A stretch of 64,000 bases of DNA. Source: a bacterium. Its GTDB lineage: Bacteria; Bacteroidota; Ignavibacteria; UBA10030. Positions within the stretch are counted from its first letter, which is position 1; each line of letters begins with the position of its first letter. The position numbers and the translations under genes are program-made. The DNA lies in NCBI GenBank assembly GCA_043803945.1, contig JAZDJN010000018.1, forward strand, positions 27,657 to 91,656. Direction: 5' to 3'. Shown one piece after another: positions 53,039 to 62,211 of this stretch. The notes beneath the pieces were generated by a model. That model ran no database searches, was not told where the DNA came from, and saw only the letters and a program-made list of their open reading frames with translations.

Positions 53039-53697
53039 CAGATGGAAGTCCGATCTTTGTACAAGCGATCGAGGATCAATTTATGAACATAGCCAATCTG
53101 GTACATCCCATTCACCGGCAGCAGTCGTTCGGTCTCTCTGTAGTATTCGATCAGCGGTTTGGTTTGTTGCTTGTAGACATCGAGGCGCCGCCGCACTGTC
53201 TCCGGCTTATCATCATCCCTCTGATAAAACTCACCACCACAATGACAGCAGCGTTGGATTCCCTTGAGTTGGATTTGGCTCGTGGTATAGATATGGCCGC
53301 AGCCATGGCACATCCTCCGCTGATCTAACCGGCGGATAAGTTCCTCATTATCCACTTCAAGGCTGAGCACGCCATCGAGAGCAACACCCATCCGTTCGAA
53401 GAGGGCATCCAGGGCTCTCGCCTGGGGTAGCGTTCGGGGAAATCCATCAAGGATAAAATTTTCCCGCGCCTGTTCGGGATCGAGGACTTGCTCAATCAGA
53501 GCGATCACAATTTCATCAGGGACAAGGTTTCCCTTATCCATGTAGGTTTTTGCCTGCATGCCAAGCGCTGTTTGATTCTTGATTGCTTCACGGAGCAAAT
53601 CGCCAGTTGAGACATGAATGGAATGAAATTCATCGACAAGAAGTTTGGCCTGTGTCCCTTTGCCAACACCCGGGGGACCGAAAAGAATTATTTTCAT
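53038..53697 (-). CDS. adk: Adenylate kinase (Zn-lid type)
   Basis: GPPGVGKGTQ, LDGFPR, CxxC...CxxC lid and QRDDD. Confidence 0.95.
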   Translation of the reverse strand: MKIILFGPPGVGKGTQAKLLVDEFHSIHVSTGDLLREAIKNQTALGMQAKTYMDKGNLVPDEIVIALIEQVLDPEQARENFILDGFPRTLPQARALDALFERMGVALDGVLSLEVDNEELIRRLDQRRMCHGCGHIYTTSQIQLKGIQRCCHCGGEFYQRDDDKPETVRRRLDVYKQQTKPLIEYYRETERLLPVNGMYQIGYVHKLILDRLYKDRTSI

Positions 53698-53926
53698 AGT
53701 GCTGTGCCTACTGTAGTTATTGTTCTGATGGGATACTAAAGTGCCGGTCGAAAAGTGTGACGAGGACAAAAAGTAAATCCTGATGAATTAATTTGATTAT
53801 CAATGAGAATGTCTGCTTAATTATTCTTCGTGCCCTTTGTGGTTCGACTTTTCAACCGGATTTCTAAAACTATGGAGAGAATGTACAAAGGAATTTTAAC
53901 TCTACAAACTGCTATTGATATCAAAG

Positions 53927-55027
53927 TTATTTGGGACCGGTCGCTGGGGCGGTTGCGGCCGATGCCAGAATCGCCAATTGCCCGCATGCAGCTTCAATAT
54001 CGTTTCCGGAGCTTCCGCGGATCATGACAGTGATATTCGCAGCTCTGAGGGCATCTGCAAATTTTTCCACTTTGACACGCGGTGTGGGATGCAGCGACGC
54101 TGCGAATCCAGACGGAAGTGTGAAATCGATTGTATGAAATGGAATGATATTCACTTTACACTGGATGCGTTTTGAGACAGCGGCAAATCTTCGGATATCG
54201 CCCGCTGTGTCATTGAAACCATTGAAAAGGATATATTCAAATGTCGGGCGCCGCCGGGTTTTATGATAGTAATATTCCAGCGCCTTTAGTAATGCTTCAA
54301 CCGAAAATTTCTTAGTAATCGGCATCAGTTGTGTTCGTTTCTCATTATCGAGAGAATGCAACGACAAGGCCAGTTTCACTTTCCTCTCCTCATCTGCCAT
54401 TCTGCGGATGTGATCGGCGTACCCTGCCGTGGAGATTGTTATGTGTCGTGTACCGATATTGAGGGAACGATCGTCGGTAATGATGTCAACCGAGGTCATG
54501 ACATTTTCATAGTTCAACATCGGTTCTCCCATACCCATATAGACGATATTGGTGATGCGGCGATGAGCAAGGCGCTGCGCCTGGATCACCTGATCGACAA
54601 TTTCACCCGCAGTGAGATTGCGGGCGAATCCCATCGTTCCGGTTGCACAAAATCGACACTCAAGAGGGCAACCGACCTGGGTCGAGAGACAGAGTGTCAA
54701 CCGCTTCTCTGCGCCTGGTGAGTCTGCTTCAGGCGGAATAAGAACGCTTTCAATCTTCAATCCATCCGAAAGTTGAAAGAGAAATTTGATTGTTCCGTCT
54801 TTCGAGACTTTTTGATGAATGAGAGTAAGGTTATCGACGGAGGCCGATCCCTCGAGAACCAACCGAAAGTGTTTTGAGATATCGGTCATCTCTTCGAACG
54901 ACGGTGCTCCCTTTGCATAGAGCCATGAGAAGAGCTGCTGGGCCCGGTATTTTTTTTCTCCGAGGGATTCGACGAACAATTGGAGTTCAGGAAGCGTTAA
55001 ACCTTTAAGATTTTTCTTCTGTTTCAT
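53927..55027 (-). CDS. rlmN: Dual-specificity RNA methyltransferase RlmN
   Basis: CPLECRFC radical-SAM motif, MGMGEP and AACGQL. Confidence 0.96.
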   Translation of the reverse strand: MKQKKNLKGLTLPELQLFVESLGEKKYRAQQLFSWLYAKGAPSFEEMTDISKHFRLVLEGSASVDNLTLIHQKVSKDGTIKFLFQLSDGLKIESVLIPPEADSPGAEKRLTLCLSTQVGCPLECRFCATGTMGFARNLTAGEIVDQVIQAQRLAHRRITNIVYMGMGEPMLNYENVMTSVDIITDDRSLNIGTRHITISTAGYADHIRRMADEERKVKLALSLHSLDNEKRTQLMPITKKFSVEALLKALEYYYHKTRRRPTFEYILFNGFNDTAGDIRRFAAVSKRIQCKVNIIPFHTIDFTLPSGFAASLHPTPRVKVEKFADALRAANITVMIRGSSGNDIEAACGQLAILASAATAPATGPK

Positions 55028-55045
55028 TAAGATGGATTTTGGTGT

Positions 55046-55097
55046 GTAGATTCCCGAAATCTCTCAATAAGGTTCAGATATAGATTTCGGGAATCTA
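55046..55097. repeat. REP hairpin 1 (GTAG class)
   Basis: GTAGATTCCCGAAATCT ... AGATTTCGGGAATCTA. Confidence 0.85.
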
Positions 55098-55138
55098 GCA
55101 AATTGGTCACATCGGATAACCATCATCCTCTGTAATAC

Positions 55139-55167
55139 AACATACGGAAAACAAGTTGGGTCGGCAA
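55139..55167 (-). promoter_or_regulatory. Candidate sigma70 promoter of rlmN
   Basis: Minus strand TTGCCG-N17-TATGTT. Confidence 0.45.
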
Positions 55168-55199
55168 GGCTCAATTATTCAGAAGGTTGAGTCCCTTGT

Positions 55200-55234
55200 G
55201 TAGATTCCCGAAATCAGAAAGATTTCGGGAATCT
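55200..55234. repeat. REP hairpin 2 (GTAG class)
   Basis: GTAGATTCCCGAAATC-AGAAA-GATTTCGGGAATCT. Confidence 0.85.
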
Positions 55235-55374
55235 CGCAAACAAGTTGAGGCAGCAAGGCTCGATTACTCCTGCGGTCGAATAAGAAATACTCAATACATC
55301 GAATGATTTTACTCAAGATGATAAACCAAAATGAAGGTCATATGGAAAGAATATTTCGACCTGAGAAACCGGCG

Positions 55375-55986
55375 TCAGCTCCATAATTCCTCTTGCACTT
55401 GATTCATCCGATCAACTGCATATGATTCAACGAACAATCTGTAATCCTCAACGCTTGAGAAATGAGAGAGGATAAAAGAAGTGTTAATGTTTAGACCACT
55501 GCATGTTTGTGAATCGGTACTGTTTGGTGGATTTTTCCAATCTTTCATAAGATATGCACGATAGCTGGAAAACTCCCAGTCTTCAGCACGGCTCACGAGT
55601 TTCGCAAAAAGAGGGTTCAAGTGAATATACCGCGAGAGATGAAAAAAGTACTCATCTGAATCAATAAGTTTCGCTCTGAATCTTCCTTGAAAGAGATGAC
55701 CTATTCTTAAATACCGCTTGTTCACTGCCTTCGCATAGGCAATTCCAAAGTGTTGCATTCGCGATGAGTAATCGCACTCCGCAGTGAGGTGCAGCAAAAA
55801 ATGGTAGTGGTTAGGCATAAGACAAAACGAGTGGACGTTGGCAACAGATGGAGGGAAATACTTGAGGAATTTGCGGAGGAAGTAACAGTAGTTCTCACGC
55901 TCAAAAAAGATCGCATCCTTGTTGTTACCCCGGTTGTAGATATGATAGAATTCTCCCTGGGCGAGACTCACGGTTCGGAAGGGCAT
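55375..55986 (-). CDS. REP-associated tyrosine (Y1/HUH) transposase, RAYT
   Basis: YHIYNRGNN, CLMPNHYH (HUH), GHLFQGRF, YIHLNP and W.FSSY; flanked by REPs. Confidence 0.9.
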   Translation of the reverse strand: MPFRTVSLAQGEFYHIYNRGNNKDAIFFERENYCYFLRKFLKYFPPSVANVHSFCLMPNHYHFLLHLTAECDYSSRMQHFGIAYAKAVNKRYLRIGHLFQGRFRAKLIDSDEYFFHLSRYIHLNPLFAKLVSRAEDWEFSSYRAYLMKDWKNPPNSTDSQTCSGLNINTSFILSHFSSVEDYRLFVESYAVDRMNQVQEELWS

Positions 55987-55990
55987 GTGT

Positions 55991-56042
55991 GTAGATTCCC
56001 GAAATCTTACTTGAATATTCTGAGATAAATTTCGGGAATCTA
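55991..56042. repeat. REP hairpin 3 (GTAG class)
   Basis: GTAGATTCCCGAAAT ... ATTTCGGGAATCTA, immediately upstream of the RAYT start. Confidence 0.85.
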
Positions 56043-56071
56043 TCACTTATTCAGCAATGATCGAAATATTA

Positions 56072-56483
56072 TCACTTGCCTTTTCTATCCAGCTCTTCCA
56101 GCTTCAATCTAACGCTCATTATAAAAGGCTGCTCTCCCTTGATCCAATGTCCATACGTCGTTAACACAAATGTACCATCAGGTAAGACTTCCACACCCGG
56201 ATATGCACAGTCACCGGAATAAGTATTATCCATTAAGCGTACGCGATATTGCCCACCACGACCTTGAAGAAGATCATCATACGTTCCCACCCACGCAACC
56301 CAATCGCCCCAAGTTTCCGATCCTTTCCCCATATCACGAAATGAAATCAACAGTCTTCCATCAGGCGCATACTTGCCGGTATGCCGATCACCTGTTAATG
56401 AAAGCGGCAATTCCCGGGGAGCCGACCAGGTGCAGCCTTCATCATTTGAAACGATGACAAAGGAATTATGCGAACGTGAATTC
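56072..56483 (-). pseudogene. 3' fragment of a sialidase/BNR-repeat protein
   Basis: Frame extends upstream to NSRSHNSFVIVSNDEGCTWSAPRELP (Asp-box SxDxGxTW) and ends DCAYPGVEVLPDGTFVLTTYG; no N-terminus. Confidence 0.7.
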
Positions 56484-56561
56484 CATTGAAAGATAGTACA
56501 TGGTAGATTATATTAATCCATTATTCATCTACATGATACTTATCACAAGGAGGTGAACTGT

Positions 56562-57956
56562 ATGAAACGGCTCCTAGCAATCTCTTTTCTCATTCTACCA
56601 CTTCTTACAGCCGCAGCCAGCGATGATGTGCGGTTAAAAAATTCCTTCAGGGAAAATAAGAACGGATGGATTTATGTACATCTTGAAGGCACGCCAGGCC
56701 GGATAGGTTTCCAGCATGGCCATCTCCTTGCTCCTGAGATTGACGATTGCTTGAAAATGTTTGCCTACTACTTTGAAAAAAGTCCGACACAGAAGGACTG
56801 GAAATTTTTCCGTCAGGCAGCAGAACAACTCTTCTGGCCGAAGCTTGAGAAGGAATACCAGGAGGAGATTCAGGGTATCGTTGAAGGTCTCGCTTCACGC
56901 GGATACACGTACGACAAGATCGATATCACTGCACTCAATGCCAATATCGAAATTGCCTCGTACTATATTCCATGGCTTGCGAACAAGCTCAAGAAAGATT
57001 CGCTCAACAATAAAGCGCCAGGCAAATGCAGCGCCTTTATAGCCACCGGCAGCTATACAAAGGATGGAAAGATCGTTATAGCCCACAACAACTGGAGCGA
57101 TTATATCAGTGGTGAGCGATGGAATGTCATTGCCGATATAGTTCCGGTGAAGGGTTATCGGATATTGATGGATTGTATGCCGGGATTGATTCACAGCGGT
57201 GACGACTTTGCGATTAACAGTGGTGGTTTGCTCTACACGGAAACGACGATAACGGGATTCAAGGGGTTTGATATGAATGGTATTCCGGAATTTATGCGTG
57301 CACGGAAGGCGGCTCAATATGCAAGCTCGATTGATGAGTACATCACAATTATGACGACAGAGAATAACGGAGCGTACGCGAACGATTGGCTTGTGGGTGA
57401 CATCAAGACCAATGAGATCGCCCGGCTTGAACTCGGTTTAAAGAATTATCATGTCTGGCGGACATTCGATGGAATGTATGAAGGTTCCAACTTCGCTTCA
57501 GATCCAAAGCTGATTGCCGAGGAAACGACGTTCGATCCTAACGATATGAAAAACACGGCGAACAGTCGGAAATGCCGCTGGGCGCAATTGATGTATGAGA
57601 AAAAAGGCCAGATCGATGCAGAGCTTGCCAAAGTGATGGAGGGAGATCACTACGATCCGATCAGGGGCATCACCGTATTGAATGGCGGAGTTCTGTGCGG
57701 CCATGTGGATCGCGATCCCCGCGGGGCACCAGAGTGGAGTAATCCGCCTTATTACCCGACCGGTGCGGTACAAGGCAAGGTAACGACCGCTGCACTTGCG
57801 AAGGAGATGAAGATCTGGGCGAGGATGGGTCATCCCTGCGGAGAAGATTTTCTTGCCGCTCCATTTTTAGAAAAACATCCGGAGTTCAAGTGGCAGGAAA
57901 AGTACTTGAAGGATATGAAGGGAAATCCGTGGACGTTGTTTGGGGGGAAGAGGTGA
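56562..57956 (+). CDS. Secreted Ntn-hydrolase, C45/phospholipase B-like
   Basis: Signal peptide, GWIYVHLEG, GK|CSAFIATG...IAHN, ETT and NNGAYANDW; RBS AGGAGG. Confidence 0.75.
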   Translation: MKRLLAISFLILPLLTAAASDDVRLKNSFRENKNGWIYVHLEGTPGRIGFQHGHLLAPEIDDCLKMFAYYFEKSPTQKDWKFFRQAAEQLFWPKLEKEYQEEIQGIVEGLASRGYTYDKIDITALNANIEIASYYIPWLANKLKKDSLNNKAPGKCSAFIATGSYTKDGKIVIAHNNWSDYISGERWNVIADIVPVKGYRILMDCMPGLIHSGDDFAINSGGLLYTETTITGFKGFDMNGIPEFMRARKAAQYASSIDEYITIMTTENNGAYANDWLVGDIKTNEIARLELGLKNYHVWRTFDGMYEGSNFASDPKLIAEETTFDPNDMKNTANSRKCRWAQLMYEKKGQIDAELAKVMEGDHYDPIRGITVLNGGVLCGHVDRDPRGAPEWSNPPYYPTGAVQGKVTTAALAKEMKIWARMGHPCGEDFLAAPFLEKHPEFKWQEKYLKDMKGNPWTLFGGKR

Positions 57957-58305
57957 GTTCAACTAAACATTCGTAACGCCAAGCATATAGCCTTGATAAG
58001 CAAACGGCTTGTTTTATTTCGGCAGATTAGACATCGGCCTATAACTGTTTTTGTTCAAGGCCTATGTTGCAGATTCCGAACTGAAGCCCTATCCGATTCT
58101 GTGAATCGGCTCAAGATCTCAATTCTGTTATCGAACAGAGGCTGTATTAGACAAAATTCATGCAGAGTTCTACTCTCGTGAAACATGAGAGAATGACTTC
58201 AGTAAGAGTTATCTTCGAAAATGCAACCCTCGAATAACAGAGTGTATAAGTCTTGCAATGTTATGCAGTGTGTGGTTTACCGCTAGTAGTGTAGTGGATC
58301 CCTTC

Positions 58306-60528
58306 TTACTTTGCTATTCTTGTTTTCTCCTCGAGCAAATTTTTTGATTCTACTAGAAGATTTTGATCTACAAGCGCTTCATGTATACGTCTTCCATACT
58401 TCTTTGAGAGTTCATAATTATAGAATTGAACTTTATCAGCTTTCGCATCTGGCCTTAAAAGAACCCCGCTTGTTTCAACCTTCTTTTTAGCAATCTCATA
58501 AAAGCATCTTTCCGCCACAAGATCGGCGATTAGGACCTGAGCTGTTAGTGTTTTCTTATATTTACATTCTTCTCCTAGATAATGAAACACAGAAGGAAAA
58601 TTCACATAAATAAAAACCCTTCCCGTTTCCGCACTATAACGCGTTCTTTGTGGGGGATCTGGATCATAATCAAATTGAGGTTCACTAAACATTCCACCTA
58701 GCTCTTTTGTCGTTTCGTCTTTACTATGGACATGAGCTTCAAGCAATGCAATATATTGTTCACATTCTGCCGTAATCATTGCTTCTTGACCCTCTCCCTC
58801 TCCCCATATATCAAGTTCATATTTCGCAACATGTTTATCTGCATCAGCCTCATTAACGATTATTTCTGATTTTGACAATTGTACGGCTTCATTATCCGAT
58901 GAAAGTTTTATTATGCTTCCACCTTGAATGATTTTAACATATACCAGAAGAAAAACTTTCCTTGGTTTGTTTGGTCTAAGTGTGACTGATTCAGGTTGAA
59001 ATACCATTCCTTGGTCAAGTAGTAATTCTTTTTCAGGGACAACAAACAATTTTGCTTCTTTCGATAATGAGCCGATAGATGCCCGAACAATCCCTTGAAC
59101 GTTAGGCTCAGAAGCCTTTAATGTGATGTATTTGCGTATAATATTAACACCATCTTCGGCTGTAAGTCGTATTTCTGTTGTTTCCAATTTCACTTTTGGA
59201 CACGTAGTGAAGATTTTTATTATAGAACCTTGACGAACAACTTTAGTATCAATTCTAAGCTGGAAGGCAAATCTCTTCCCAACAGTGATTTGTGCTGATA
59301 GTGGGTAGATACAAAATCCATCTGGAACTTCATTTACCTGTTCATCTGGATTTTCACCTAGACTTAAAATACTTTCTGCTTCAACTTTCGCAATTTCATT
59401 AAGCACGTGGAATGCTTTCTTGTAACGGTTCGCTTCATCTAAATCAAACTTCGTTTGCATTTCCTTCTGTTTTCTTTTTTTCTCCTCAATGATTTTAAGC
59501 TCAAGCCGTTTTTCAATTTCAGAAATCAATTTCTGAGAAAAAGGATGACGACTTACTAGACCGTCTCGTTCCTCACTTAGGACTGCCTCTTCAGTTTTTA
59601 ACAATTCACGAAAATCATTAATAACTACTTCACCAAAGAAGCGCGATGCAAGTGGTTCGTTGTCATATTTGAATAGAGATATATCTAATACGACACTCCC
59701 ATCATCAATTATGAGAAGCCCACCTGTTCTATCTTCGCCCGACTGCAATAGTTCCTTATCTGATCTCCAAATAGATATATGTATTTTGAAATCTACATAA
59801 TTTATTAAAGGAACAATAAAATCATCACTCAAAATTTCTTTGCCTTCAGGAAATTTATAACGAAGCCGTCTTCGCTCATCATTATTTTCGTCAATTAAAA
59901 AAACCTTTCTACGTGAATTCGTCATTATCTTTCGGAGCATATAGTTATTTGCAATTTCAGTCTGAACTCTATCGAAACGTGGAACTGAACCAGTTTTCAC
60001 AGGGTCAGCAGTAAAATACGCAATGGTTCCATTTTCCTTTATCTTATGTTCATTCCGTAATTCAAGTGTTGCACTAACTGTCTCATAAATTTCTCCGTAG
60101 AGCTTCCCGTATTCAATGTACACTCTACATTCAGTTAACAAATCATCTTTAATTGTTACGATTCTACCATCTTTCATACCTGCCAGCGCGTCTTTGGCTC
60201 CTTGACCGAAGTAACCCCTACGATGTTTACCCTCTTTTAATCCACTAGTCGCAGCGCCGTATGATTTTTCGCCAAATGATCTTTTTATATCGTCTCTGGA
60301 CATTCCTTCTGCTTCATCTCGTACTGCAAAGTAACAACAGTAACCACCTTTCCTGTAAATAATTTCGATTAATCCACTATGGAGTTTACCAGAATCTTCT
60401 AAGCTGCAATAACTATCATCTGCGTTGGTTATAAGTTCCACCAATGCCCGGATTGTATTACCTTGCATAGCAGTATTAACGCTACGAACAATATGTCTAG
60501 GGTCAGCCTGAATCTCAAATTTTTCCAT
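58306..60528 (-). CDS. GHKL (MORC/Hsp90-like) ATPase protein
   Basis: ELITNADDS, RDEAEGM, GYFGQG and GT boxes of the Bergerat fold; coiled-coil, two Ig-like repeats and C-terminal IYVNFP. Confidence 0.8.
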   Translation of the reverse strand: MEKFEIQADPRHIVRSVNTAMQGNTIRALVELITNADDSYCSLEDSGKLHSGLIEIIYRKGGYCCYFAVRDEAEGMSRDDIKRSFGEKSYGAATSGLKEGKHRRGYFGQGAKDALAGMKDGRIVTIKDDLLTECRVYIEYGKLYGEIYETVSATLELRNEHKIKENGTIAYFTADPVKTGSVPRFDRVQTEIANNYMLRKIMTNSRRKVFLIDENNDERRRLRYKFPEGKEILSDDFIVPLINYVDFKIHISIWRSDKELLQSGEDRTGGLLIIDDGSVVLDISLFKYDNEPLASRFFGEVVINDFRELLKTEEAVLSEERDGLVSRHPFSQKLISEIEKRLELKIIEEKKRKQKEMQTKFDLDEANRYKKAFHVLNEIAKVEAESILSLGENPDEQVNEVPDGFCIYPLSAQITVGKRFAFQLRIDTKVVRQGSIIKIFTTCPKVKLETTEIRLTAEDGVNIIRKYITLKASEPNVQGIVRASIGSLSKEAKLFVVPEKELLLDQGMVFQPESVTLRPNKPRKVFLLVYVKIIQGGSIIKLSSDNEAVQLSKSEIIVNEADADKHVAKYELDIWGEGEGQEAMITAECEQYIALLEAHVHSKDETTKELGGMFSEPQFDYDPDPPQRTRYSAETGRVFIYVNFPSVFHYLGEECKYKKTLTAQVLIADLVAERCFYEIAKKKVETSGVLLRPDAKADKVQFYNYELSKKYGRRIHEALVDQNLLVESKNLLEEKTRIAK

Positions 60529-60536
60529 TTAACCTC

Positions 60537-61169
60537 CTACCTCGTTAAAAGTAATTTTGAAAAACGACTTTCAAGGAAGTCTAAAAATTTTGCAACATCA
60601 TTTCTATCAAGTTCATTTGCTATATTCTTCATTGAGTATAGATTTTCTTTCAAGTTCTCTTTCAAAGAATCCAAGGTTCCTTGTAATACGCTGCAAAACT
60701 CAGCATCGGTTATATTTTCTCCTCGATTTTGAACGAACTTCTGATAAGCCCGCGATGAAATCACCTCAACAATGATCAATTCTTTCCGACGAGTTTGAGA
60801 TATAACTTTTTTGTTATGCTTGGTCTCAGATAATAAGAGTTTCTCAACTTGCGTATAAATCAAATTCCCTTTTCCTGTTAGTGAATAGCCATGAGGCGTT
60901 TTTCCACCAATCCAACAACGCCTTTTTCCTTTACATCTCCACAAACATTTTTCAACTCTTGTAGCATCTGGAAATTCAGGATATCCAATCAGAGAAAATT
61001 TTTTGGGAAACAGTTTAAAGGATGCAATTATTATATTCTCTAACGAAAGCTCTGCATCAATTTCATCTAACTTAGTAACGGCATAAATAACAAGTCGGTC
61101 GAGGTCAATCCCTTCGTATCTTGATAATTCAATCTCATCCAGAGAAAATATTTTATCACGTACTGTCAT
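60537..61169 (-). CDS. Hypothetical protein, possible winged-helix N-terminal domain
   Basis: 210-aa ORF coupled to vapC (ATGA overlap); FPKKFSLIGYPEFPD..RV and YSLTGKG wing-like motif. Confidence 0.65.
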   Translation of the reverse strand: MTVRDKIFSLDEIELSRYEGIDLDRLVIYAVTKLDEIDAELSLENIIIASFKLFPKKFSLIGYPEFPDATRVEKCLWRCKGKRRCWIGGKTPHGYSLTGKGNLIYTQVEKLLLSETKHNKKVISQTRRKELIIVEVISSRAYQKFVQNRGENITDAEFCSVLQGTLDSLKENLKENLYSMKNIANELDRNDVAKFLDFLESRFSKLLLTR

Positions 61170-61567
61170 TTAATCCACCGGATCTTTACTCCATTCTCCA
61201 CTTGCTTGAACTCTTTATCGCCAGTCAAGAGTTCGCATTTCTTCTTCATTGCTACAGCAGCGGCGAAGCAATCGGCATAGGACATTTTATGCACCGCCTT
61301 CAATCGTGCTGCCTGAAGTGTCAGTTCCTTATTCGCCTCGACGAGGTCTATGGGCAACGCGCGCATGACATCTTCTGCAAGGATAGCTTTTTGTTCTCCA
61401 CCGGTTCGAAGAGCCTGGTAGATTACTTCACCCCAGTTGATTATACAGAGAAATACTTCTCTATCTTTTGTTACACACTCTTCAAATATAGTGGCTACCT
61501 CTTCATATCCGGGTTGCCGTTGCAGGTATGTAATGACGGCATAACTATCCAGTACCGTTGATTTCAT
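61166..61567 (-). CDS. vapC: VapC family PIN-domain toxin
   Basis: VLDSYA, NWGEV, SYADCFA and LLTGDKEF acidic PIN residues. Confidence 0.9.
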   Translation of the reverse strand: MKSTVLDSYAVITYLQRQPGYEEVATIFEECVTKDREVFLCIINWGEVIYQALRTGGEQKAILAEDVMRALPIDLVEANKELTLQAARLKAVHKMSYADCFAAAVAMKKKCELLTGDKEFKQVENGVKIRWIK

Positions 61568-61794
61568 AATTCACGCTCCCGTTTTTTATCCTCCATGAGT
61601 GACTTCAGCATATCCCCTTCCGTCCCAAGAACGCCGGAGAGACTTTCGAAGTAGTTCTTGTCAAGAGGCTGAATAAAAAGTTTACCATGTTGTTCGATGA
61701 AGGCGACTTTCATTCCCTTCTTGATACCAAACTTCGTACGGATCTTCTTTGGTACGACGATCTGGCCTTTAATTGTAACTACCGATGTCTCCAT
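61564..61794 (-). CDS. AbrB/MazE/SpoVT family antitoxin
   Basis: VTIKGQIVVPKKIR.KFGIK.G; ATGA overlap with vapC; RBS AAGGAG. Confidence 0.9.
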   Translation of the reverse strand: METSVVTIKGQIVVPKKIRTKFGIKKGMKVAFIEQHGKLFIQPLDKNYFESLSGVLGTEGDMLKSLMEDKKREREL

Positions 61795-62211
61795 AGTAAG
61801 TCTCCTTTCACCAATAAGGATACAAAATATAATTTGGTATGTCAAATTAAAAAATAGTATTACTAAATATATATCGTATTACTATATGGATAAAACAACC
61901 GGGAGTAATTTACCTGCCAGGGTAGATTCTCATCTGACGTGCTGTCACTGAGAGGGAATAAGGAAGTGGAACAACCTTTTAAAGCTGATTGTCATACAGC
62001 GACGGGATTCGCATTTCGATCTCACACTTATCTGCGCTCCGCTTGATAAGTGTGGTCGTAATAGAACTGGCATTGTACAGATTTCTTGCATGCCGCTATC
62101 TGTACAATTACGGCAGGCGGGTACCACGCTAACGCTGGAACTCCCAAAGTATCACCAACAGAGTATGTTATAAAAATGCGGGATTGCATAAACTCTAATA
62201 TTGTATAAAAA

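Noticed and set aside
53038-53697. adk located outside the ribosomal protein (secY) operon
   Set aside because: This location varies between lineages; one window cannot show whether it is a second copy.
55046-55280. REP/direct-repeat cluster as a mini-CRISPR
   Set aside because: The units are inverted repeats with a GTAG tag next to a RAYT, and their spacing is irregular.
57970-58270. Degenerate attC-like pieces downstream of the GHKL gene (GTCTAAT...GCTTGGCGTTA; GCATAAC...GTTATTC)
   Set aside because: The core is mutated or the unit too short, and arm complementarity is poor; not supportable without a covariance-model search.
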